Source: an uncultured Algimonas sp. (GTDB lineage: Bacteria > Pseudomonadota > Alphaproteobacteria > Caulobacterales > Maricaulaceae). Taken from it: 53,978 nucleotides of DNA. The translations under genes and the position numbers were made by a program. The notes beneath the pieces are model-generated. The model made no database searches. It had not been told where the DNA came from and saw only the letters and a program-made list of their open reading frames with translations. This document shows, in pieces, positions 46,991 through 53,978 of this stretch (its first letter is position 1; every line of letters starts with the position of its first letter). The stretch is from NCBI GenBank assembly GCA_964552135.1, contig CAZKHC010000001.1, positions 1 to 53,978 on the forward strand, in the 5' to 3' direction.

Positions 46991-48070
46991 CTAAAGGGAT
47001 TCTGTGCGAAGCAGCATGAAGGACCCGGCTAGGCCAAAGAGAAAAAGTGGGAAGGCAATTGCGGGCAATACCGCGAGCCCGCCCGAAACGGCAAATGTCG
47101 CCATCGCTCCATCAAATATAAGAAAAATAAAAGCGATCGTGATGCCGATGATAAGCGCTTTATTTCCTGTGTCTTCGCGTCGTGTTCGCTGCATAAGTGC
47201 CGTGCAGAGAAGCAGTAAAATAAAAATAGCGAGAGGCCGGGTAATCCGGTGCGCATGCCAGAATTTATACGCAAAGCTAGGCTTTGAGCCGCTATTTCCT
47301 CGTTTGGAGAAGACGCGCATTTCAGAGAGCGAAAGGTCGCGGGGTTCGGCGGCCAAGCGGGCAATGGAATTGGGGGTTTGTCGAGTTTCCCAAATTTCGG
47401 TTCCTTGGATTGGATTCAGGTTTCGATCTAAATTCGCTTCCCCTTTTATCTCTAATTCTTCGACCCCAAAGAGCTCCCAATTGGGTCCTTGATAATTTGC
47501 GCGTTCTGCGTGCCAGATTTTAATGACGGTTCCGTTTTCATTTCGGAAAAAGAACTTCAAATCGCCGAGAGCGTTGTAACCCAGACGTTCTGTGGCGCGG
47601 ATGATGTGACCATTGTCTTCAATCCAAAGTGGGTTTTTGGCTGTGATGTTTTTTACCTTATATTCGCCAATGCCCCATGTTTGTAGGGCGCGGACGGCCG
47701 GCGGCATGGCAATGTCGATAAATGTAATGGAGGCGATAGCGATTCCTACGACGGCGGGCGTCATAAGTAACACTTGCTTTGCTGCGGAAATACCGAACCC
47801 GAGCAAAGCAACGAGTTCGTGTTGACGGATGAATTTCACGAAGGTCATCAAGGTCGCGACGACAATCGTGAAGACAAATATACGATCAAAAATTACGGGT
47901 GCGCGGAGGAATATATAGCGGAACGTATCCTTAAATCCGCCGCCGCTTTTTGCGATATCGGCCCCATTTGCAAGACTGTCCAGCAGGCCTATTAATGTCA
48001 GAAGGCCAAAGACAAGTGTGAACCAAGTAAAAATATAAGTCTTGGATATATAAAGCGCGATCTTAAACAT
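46991..48070 (-). CDS. LptF/LptG family permease (LptG-like paralogue)
   Basis: 3 TM + periplasmic domain + 3 TM architecture; QHELVALLGFGIS. Confidence 0.85.
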   Translation of the reverse strand: MFKIALYISKTYIFTWFTLVFGLLTLIGLLDSLANGADIAKSGGGFKDTFRYIFLRAPVIFDRIFVFTIVVATLMTFVKFIRQHELVALLGFGISAAKQVLLMTPAVVGIAIASITFIDIAMPPAVRALQTWGIGEYKVKNITAKNPLWIEDNGHIIRATERLGYNALGDLKFFFRNENGTVIKIWHAERANYQGPNWELFGVEELEIKGEANLDRNLNPIQGTEIWETRQTPNSIARLAAEPRDLSLSEMRVFSKRGNSGSKPSFAYKFWHAHRITRPLAIFILLLLCTALMQRTRREDTGNKALIIGITIAFIFLIFDGAMATFAVSGGLAVLPAIAFPLFLFGLAGSFMLLRTESL

Positions 48071-49271
48071 CGGGTTTTATCCGCCTGTCTCGCGTTAGCT
48101 TTTTAAAGGCATCCCAAATTTCGTCTTTGATATGGCCAACCCAATGGGAGAAAGATGTCAGAGGTGGCTGCCCCATTTTATAGGCGCTTTTTCGGAACAA
48201 GAAGAATGCGCCGATGGCAACAAGGGCTATAATTCCCCATATCCCACTCCAAGGCGGAATCTTCCCGCTAGCTCCTAAAGATTGCGCAAAGTCCAATGCT
48301 TTTTGGAGCGATACAAGGAAAACAACCCCCACAAAAATCCCTGCAGCGGAAGGGTTTCGACCGTAATTCAAGCCAAAGGGGACTGCAATGAAGGGCAGCA
48401 AGAGTAAGAGGACGGCTTTCGCTAATCGAAGATGAAGTGCCGCATTATTTGTATTTACATCGATCTTTTGCGTGACGGTTCCGTGGCGATTTTTAAACAA
48501 TTCGCCAGATGTCATCTCGCGTTCGTCGTCACCTCTTGCGCGGTAAGGGTCATCCACCTCTCGGATCGCAATTGCCGATTCGGCGAATCCAGATTGTCCA
48601 GACAGTGTGGTGTCAACGATTTGAAAGCCGTCACCTGTCGCCAAATTCAAGACGGGCGGACCTTCCTCTATGAGGCTTATTTTACCGACTTCTGCGGTGA
48701 CATTCCGATAACCCTTTGTGTCATCGTCTTTATCAATCATTTCGTAGATAAAGATGGGACCAATGGCGCCGTCTTCACCTTCGGTTCCGGCAAAAAATGT
48801 TCGTGATCCGATCTTTGTAAATGTGCCCTCACGAAAAATCGCCGTATAACTTTGCTGTTTCACTAAATATTCTGTCTGGCGATAATTGTAGCGTCCGACA
48901 GGCGTCAGGTAGCCTTCAAGTAGGAGCGTAAGTCCCGCCATAAAGGCTGCCAAGAGCATGAACGGTTTTGTCATATGAAACAATGATACGCCTGCCCCTA
49001 GGGCGGCAGTGAGCTCTGAGGACTTGGATAATCGATCTACCGTGATAATTGTGCCTAAGAGTAGAGCCATAGGAACCGCGACGCCTCCCAGATAATAGGG
49101 AAGGAGGTTCAAAACCATGGTTGTGGCGTCACTCGCAGGGTTCGAGGAGTTGGAAATAAGCTCGAAAATACGCAGCAATCGCTCAAGCAGAAGCACGCAA
49201 ACGGCGAAAATCACCAAGCCGCTGATACTAATTGCAGCGTTTTTAAGGATATAACGGTTAAGTCGGCCCAT
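48063..49271 (-). CDS. LptF/LptG family permease (LptF-like paralogue)
   Basis: Motifs LNRYIL, RLSKSSELTAALGAGVS and LLPFIAVPFG. Start 49271 or 49319. Confidence 0.85.
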   Translation of the reverse strand: MGRLNRYILKNAAISISGLVIFAVCVLLLERLLRIFELISNSSNPASDATTMVLNLLPYYLGGVAVPMALLLGTIITVDRLSKSSELTAALGAGVSLFHMTKPFMLLAAFMAGLTLLLEGYLTPVGRYNYRQTEYLVKQQSYTAIFREGTFTKIGSRTFFAGTEGEDGAIGPIFIYEMIDKDDDTKGYRNVTAEVGKISLIEEGPPVLNLATGDGFQIVDTTLSGQSGFAESAIAIREVDDPYRARGDDEREMTSGELFKNRHGTVTQKIDVNTNNAALHLRLAKAVLLLLLPFIAVPFGLNYGRNPSAAGIFVGVVFLVSLQKALDFAQSLGASGKIPPWSGIWGIIALVAIGAFFLFRKSAYKMGQPPLTSFSHWVGHIKDEIWDAFKKLTRDRRIKPDV

Positions 49272-49372
49272 ATAACAGGTCTGTGATTTCGCCTTTACGG
49301 TCAGGGGTGTCATCCCCATATTGTGAGAGACCGCCCTTATTCGGGCATATTTTGGCTTAGGAAAATGATGTC

Positions 49373-49936
49373 ATGAAATCAAACATCTATATAAGAAAAT
49401 TCACTAAAGCTTTTGTCATGCTAGCAGCATGTTCTGTGCCGGTCTTAGCGAGTGCGGATACGTCGAAGTCAGAAGATACGCCGCCTGAGCCGTTATCTGC
49501 GATAGGCCTAGAAACGGGCCTTAAGCTATATGACCGCGATAAAGCTGACACCTGTGTCCCAGGCGCGTTGCAAATCCGCGCCACGGTTCATAATGTTACA
49601 AAAGTCGGAATTCTGAAGTTAGAACTCTTTGGGGAACGAAAATTCCTCAAAAAAGAAGGCAAACTACGACGCATTCGAGTTCCGGCTGCGGATGAAAAGC
49701 AAACCATTTGTATAAATTTGCCGACCCCCGGCGATTACGCTGTTGTTGGATATCATGATATGGACGGGAACCGTCGGTTGAAAAAAGCGTGGAATTACAA
49801 ACCGAAAGAGCCATACGGGCTATCGAACAACCCGAAGGTGAAATCTTTGAGGTTACCGAAATTTTCCGAAGCATCATTTGCGGTACCGATGGAAGGTGTA
49901 GACATCGACATACATCTGGTTGACCTTTCCAAATAG
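49373..49936 (+). CDS. DUF2141 family exported protein
   Basis: Signal peptide and PGDYAVVGYHDMDGN...PKEPYGLSNNP...PKFSEASF. Confidence 0.8.
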   Translation: MKSNIYIRKFTKAFVMLAACSVPVLASADTSKSEDTPPEPLSAIGLETGLKLYDRDKADTCVPGALQIRATVHNVTKVGILKLELFGERKFLKKEGKLRRIRVPAADEKQTICINLPTPGDYAVVGYHDMDGNRRLKKAWNYKPKEPYGLSNNPKVKSLRLPKFSEASFAVPMEGVDIDIHLVDLSK

Positions 49937-49947
49937 GACGCGGATAG

Positions 49948-49974
49948 CCTTCTGCGTGTGAATCACGCGGGAGG
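49948..49974 (+). promoter_or_regulatory. Stem-loop covering the GGAGG Shine-Dalgarno of bcerS
   Basis: CCTTCTGCGTG-TGAAT-CACGCGGGAGG: 11 pairs including 2 G:U, 5 nt before the GTG start. Confidence 0.45.
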
Positions 49975-49979
49975 ATAAG

Positions 49980-51137
49980 GTGCCGACCACCTTAGCAGAG
50001 TTGAAAATTTTGAAGGTGGAAACGCCGTGGGAGATAAAGCGTTTCCTCGACCTGCCTTACAATGTGTACCGCGGGCAAGCGGCATGGGCTCCGCCTCTGC
50101 GCATAGAACGCAAAGAACAGCTTGATCCAGAGAAAAACCCAGCCGCGAAAAAATTGGACCGTCAGCTCTTTTTGGCCATAAAAAACGGTGAGGATGTTGG
50201 TCGTATCGCAGCTTTTATCAATCCATCCCATGACGCGTGGCATGATAGTGAAACAGCATTTTTTGGTTATTTTGACGCCAAGGACGATTCAGAGATTCTC
50301 TCGGCTTTGCTGCTTACAGCGCAAAATTGGGCAATTGATAAAGGCCGAAAACGTATGGTCGGCCCAGCGCAATGGGGTGTGAATGAAGAAGTCGGCCTTT
50401 TGGTGTATGGTTTTGAGTATCCAAATGTCCTTCTTATGTCTTATGGGCGGCCCTATTATGCGCCAGCCGTTGAGCAGGCCGGATTTTCAAAAGCCGTCGA
50501 TATGCTCGCCTTTCAGGCCGATCTGAACGAGGGTTACCCGCGTCCAAAAATGACCCGTATGATGGTGCAATATGCAAAGAAATCGGACTCGGTAAGCTGG
50601 CGGCCTCTCGATAAGTCAAATTTTGTCGGAGAGATTGAGCAGGCCATGGGTGTGTTTAATGATGCGTGGTCCAGTAATTGGGGTTTTATTCCGTTTCCAG
50701 ATGAAGACATTCAGCATCTCGCAAAAGAGATGAAGCCGCTGATTGTACCCGAGCGATTTTTGATGGGCTATATTGATGGGGAATTGGCAGCATTTTTGTG
50801 TCTATTGCCAGACCTCAATCAACTTACCGCGGGTTTTGACGGTAAACTCTTACCTTTTAATTGGGCGAAATTGGCCTATCGCCTGAAAGCGCAAAAAGCG
50901 CATCAGGCTCGGATTCCTTTGATGGGGTTAAAGCGAAAATTTCATAACACCCGCAAGGGTCTTGGTCTCATCGCAGCGCTTTGCGAAGAATCTTTTGAAG
51001 TTGCTCGTCAGGCCGGATTTACGCATTGCGAATTATCTTGGATATTGGAAGATAATGAAGGCATGATCTCCATATGTGAGCAAGCCAGTGCAAAGCCCTA
51101 TAAAACCTACCGTATGTATGAAAAGCAGATTGGATAG
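49980..51137 (+). CDS. bcerS: GNAT-fold N-acyltransferase, bacterial ceramide synthase-like
   Basis: Motifs VGRIAA, FFGYFD, NEEVGLLV, FNDAWSSNWGFIP, ELSWILEDN and YKTYRMYEK; spt locus context. Confidence 0.8.
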   Translation: MPTTLAELKILKVETPWEIKRFLDLPYNVYRGQAAWAPPLRIERKEQLDPEKNPAAKKLDRQLFLAIKNGEDVGRIAAFINPSHDAWHDSETAFFGYFDAKDDSEILSALLLTAQNWAIDKGRKRMVGPAQWGVNEEVGLLVYGFEYPNVLLMSYGRPYYAPAVEQAGFSKAVDMLAFQADLNEGYPRPKMTRMMVQYAKKSDSVSWRPLDKSNFVGEIEQAMGVFNDAWSSNWGFIPFPDEDIQHLAKEMKPLIVPERFLMGYIDGELAAFLCLLPDLNQLTAGFDGKLLPFNWAKLAYRLKAQKAHQARIPLMGLKRKFHNTRKGLGLIAALCEESFEVARQAGFTHCELSWILEDNEGMISICEQASAKPYKTYRMYEKQIG

Positions 51138-51881
51138 ATGACGCAAGCGGTTCTTATTTTAGCCGGACAGAGAGCGGGAGTCGTGGACCCGCTTTGCGAA
51201 GCGGCGGGCGTCTCGCATAAGGCCGAAATTCCGATTGCAGGGGTCCCGATGCTGGAACGCGTTGTCGACGCGGTAAGGCGAACCGGTTTCTCCGAAACAA
51301 CTTATGTGTCTGGTTATTCTGGTAGCGATCTAACGGAAGTACCAAGCGGGCAGGGGCCAGCGGATAGTGTAAAAATGGGACTGGAAAACATAAATCAATA
51401 TCCCTGCCTTATTACGACCTGTGACCACGCGCTTTTAACAGTGGAGATGATTGAAACTTTCATCGCAGGGGCGACATCCGCAGCCGCAGATATATGCGTT
51501 GGTCTCGCGACAGAAGATGTCATTCAGTCCGCATATCCTGAGACAAAGCGAACTTATCTCAGATTTTCTGACACAGCTGTTTCGGGGTGTAATCTCTTCT
51601 ACATCTTGAATGCTGAGGGTTTGAAAGCCATTTCATTTTGGCAATCCGTTCAACATTTACGCAAAAAACCCTTCAAAATCGCGCGGAAAATTGGTGTGGG
51701 AGTCGGGGTAAAATATATCACGGGTCGCCTGAGCTTACGGGGTGCATTCGACTATGCGGCCAATCGGATTGGTATAAGCGCTGCACCTGTACTTTTGCCT
51801 TTCGCCGAAGCTGCAATTGACGTTGATAAGCCATCAGACTTGGCACTCGTCGAGTCTATTTTGACGGCCCGGCAAGCATGA
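51138..51881 (+). CDS. MobA-like NTP transferase (CpgD-like)
   Basis: Motifs LILAGQR, KAEIPIAGVPML, TTCDHALL and IDVDKPSD. Confidence 0.8.
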   Translation: MTQAVLILAGQRAGVVDPLCEAAGVSHKAEIPIAGVPMLERVVDAVRRTGFSETTYVSGYSGSDLTEVPSGQGPADSVKMGLENINQYPCLITTCDHALLTVEMIETFIAGATSAAADICVGLATEDVIQSAYPETKRTYLRFSDTAVSGCNLFYILNAEGLKAISFWQSVQHLRKKPFKIARKIGVGVGVKYITGRLSLRGAFDYAANRIGISAAPVLLPFAEAAIDVDKPSDLALVESILTARQA

Positions 51882-53978
51882 GTACACCTGATCTTTCGAT
51901 TGCCTCGACCCGCAGCGTTGAAAAACGTGTGGCGGCGAATACAGGCTTAATGGTCTTTTCAAAAGGTTTGGCGGCAGTGTTTGGCTTGCTGAGCATGATG
52001 GTCGCTTCAAAATCTCTCGGCTTCGCGCTTTTCGGCATTATATTATTTTTGCACTCTTATCATTTGTTATTTGCCCAGCTGGCGACCTTTCAAGCTTGGC
52101 AGACAATCATCCGTTTCGGGATGGAGGATATCCAGAATAAAGACGCTAAGGGTTTAGCCAAATTGATAAAATTTGGATATAAATTAGATATTATTTCGGC
52201 TGTGGTGGCATTTGCGGCGGCCGTCGCTTTCTTCCCCGTTTTCATTTTCCTCCAGGATGCTTTTCCCGCCGTTTTTGACCAATTACCCGAGGAATTTGAT
52301 ACACGAACCATATACCCAACACTCATCCTCTATTGTTCTTTGCTTTTGGTGCGTCATCGCGGTGCATCCATTGGTGTTTTCCGGCTTTTTGACCGTTTTG
52401 ACGTGCTAGCTTGGCATGGCGTGGTTATGACGGGTGTGCGGTTAATTGGAGCGATAATTGCCGCATTATTAGAAGCCGGCATGGAAGGTTTCCTAATTGC
52501 ATGGTTCGTCGGGTCTATTGTTGATTACTTTGCCTTGCCCATATTGGCAGGAGTCGAATTGGCAAAGCGCAATCTTCTTGGGATTGTTTGGCGTGTTAAA
52601 GCGAGCGTTTTACGCCCTCGCAAAGGCGTTTGGCCGTTTGTTTGGAAAGCCAACATCGACTCTTCGCTCGCTGCGTCGAATGTACATTTACCTGTCCTGC
52701 TCGTCATGGCTGTTTTTGGCCCAGTTTGGGTGACCGTTTACCGATGGGCAGAAGAGATCGCCAAACTTTTGTCTGAAGGTTTCAAGCTTTTAGACCAGGT
52801 CATTTATCCTGAACTTGCAAAAATGGTCAGTGCAGGAGAAGCCGCTAAAATATGGCGATTGGTCGTGCGTTCGGCTGTCATACTTTTGACTGTAGGATTG
52901 TTGTCGTCACTCTTTATTTGGCTGTTTTTGGGTGCGATCATCGATTTCTTTCTCGAAATCAAATTCTTGCTTACAGACGAGGAATATAGAGACGTTGCGC
53001 CTCTCGCCTCGCTTCTTGTTCCGGCCGCAGCATTTCTGGGAATGGCAGCCCCCCTATATCCCGTTTTATATGCGACGGATCACCCTGAACGTGCCATCTA
53101 TGCCCGCGGCGCAGGTGTTCTTGTTTATATCCTTTCCTTTTTTGTTCTTAGCGCGACCATTGGGCCGATGGCCCCAGGCTGGGCTGCCATTGCGGGTAAT
53201 ATCGTTGCCGTTGGATTGGTGATGTGGCTTGCGAAACAGGCGCTGGACAAAATTGTTAAACAACAAGAAGGCGGGCCAGATACAGTCTTCGCATCCGCGC
53301 CGAGCTTCGGCCTAATCGGCGAAAATAATTCGCGCATATGGGGGCTGCCAATAAAGGAATGGCAGACGCGCGCCTTCAAAAAAGCCGGTGCCGATGTTAC
53401 CTTACCAATTTCTGAAATGGCGAGAGGGTTATGGCATCACGTCGATTGGATCATGAGTGCGGAGTTGTCCAAATCATTTGCGGTGACGGACCGATTAGCC
53501 CTGGTTGAAGACGGCATGGTTGTGAGCCTCTCAAGCGCAACAAAAGCCGAGGCCGAGGCTTTGATTGGCCGTAGTGGCGATAATGTCTCGAGTTCGGAAT
53601 TCAGAGCGGTTAGCCCATCTGACGTAAATGACGGCTATATAAAATCTCTGCGAAAGCATGAACCGCCATATGTTCTCGATACGAAGTCGACGCCCGTCCT
53701 CGATATCATGCGACGGCAGTTTCAAAGTTCATATAAAGGTATCACAGACTTCGTGACGAAATGGTTTTGGCCGATACCGGCATTCTATGTGACGCGATTT
53801 TGTGCTTGGCTGCGTTTATCGCCAAATCAAGTGACGACCATTGGCTTTTTGCTGATGCTCGCCGCAACCTATTTCTTCTGGAATGCAAATTGGGTGTTAG
53901 GTTTTATTTGTGGTTGGACAATGACTTTCCTCGATACAGTGGACGGCAAATTAGCGCGCACCACTATGACCTACTCAA
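51878..53978 (+). CDS. Fusion of a Wzx/MATE-like flippase and a CDP-alcohol phosphatidyltransferase (CpgA-like); 3' end outside window
   Basis: Not in the ORF track because it has no stop in the window. ATG overlaps the upstream TGA. The frame reads MSTPDLS...LATFQAWQTIIRFG (multi-TM), then SYKGITDFVTKWFWP, LSPNQVT and FLDTVDGKLAR. Confidence 0.85.
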   Translation, partial: MSTPDLSIASTRSVEKRVAANTGLMVFSKGLAAVFGLLSMMVASKSLGFALFGIILFLHSYHLLFAQLATFQAWQTIIRFGMEDIQNKDAKGLAKLIKFGYKLDIISAVVAFAAAVAFFPVFIFLQDAFPAVFDQLPEEFDTRTIYPTLILYCSLLLVRHRGASIGVFRLFDRFDVLAWHGVVMTGVRLIGAIIAALLEAGMEGFLIAWFVGSIVDYFALPILAGVELAKRNLLGIVWRVKASVLRPRKGVWPFVWKANIDSSLAASNVHLPVLLVMAVFGPVWVTVYRWAEEIAKLLSEGFKLLDQVIYPELAKMVSAGEAAKIWRLVVRSAVILLTVGLLSSLFIWLFLGAIIDFFLEIKFLLTDEEYRDVAPLASLLVPAAAFLGMAAPLYPVLYATDHPERAIYARGAGVLVYILSFFVLSATIGPMAPGWAAIAGNIVAVGLVMWLAKQALDKIVKQQEGGPDTVFASAPSFGLIGENNSRIWGLPIKEWQTRAFKKAGADVTLPISEMARGLWHHVDWIMSAELSKSFAVTDRLALVEDGMVVSLSSATKAEAEALIGRSGDNVSSSEFRAVSPSDVNDGYIKSLRKHEPPYVLDTKSTPVLDIMRRQFQSSYKGITDFVTKWFWPIPAFYVTRFCAWLRLSPNQVTTIGFLLMLAATYFFWNANWVLGFICGWTMTFLDTVDGKLARTTMTYS

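Noticed and set aside
1-53978. rRNA, tRNA, CRISPR arrays, intact IS or prophage, defence systems
   Set aside because: None recognised by eye. Intergenic regions are short and lack repeat-spacer or cloverleaf patterns; a covariance-model search would be needed to exclude small RNAs.

Overview
Alphaproteobacterial chromosome segment; gene content suggests a Caulobacterales/Maricaulales-like heterotroph (inference). It has three blocks. (1) 1-35.2 kb is a dense cluster of about 37 catabolic and transport genes. It contains amide/imide hydrolases (isochorismatase, PuuE-like, amidase, a non-canonical nitrilase) and a CoA-dependent branched-dicarboxylate module (2x CaiB, 2x MmgE/PrpD, MaoC, ACAD, CitE, HMG-CoA lyase, CoA ligase, crotonase). 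It also has three odd GxHTG alpha/beta hydrolases (one pseudogenised), HapK/YciI/DUF1330/VOC proteins, a CpcT/CpeT bilin-lyase-like lipoprotein with DUF1838 and DUF3598, transporters, and a Crp/Fnr regulator. TTGAY-N4-RTCAA-like boxes recur in its promoter regions. My best hypothesis (unproven) is an undescribed pathway for scavenging and degrading bilins or other pyrrole pigments. (2) 35.2-40.4 kb holds a decayed dusA-associated integrase beside dusA, plus TauE, an aspartic protease, a degenerate CobT and Leu/Phe/Val dehydrogenase. (3) 40.6-54 kb is a Caulobacter-type sphingolipid/ceramide-phosphoglycerate locus (acyl-ACP synthetase, ACP, spt, cpgC/cpgB-like, lptFG paralogues, bcerS, NTP transferase). 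It lacks cerR and ends in an unannotated flippase::CDP-alcohol phosphotransferase fusion that runs off the window. No rRNA, tRNA or CRISPR was seen. All family assignments come from motif recognition by eye, not database searches.
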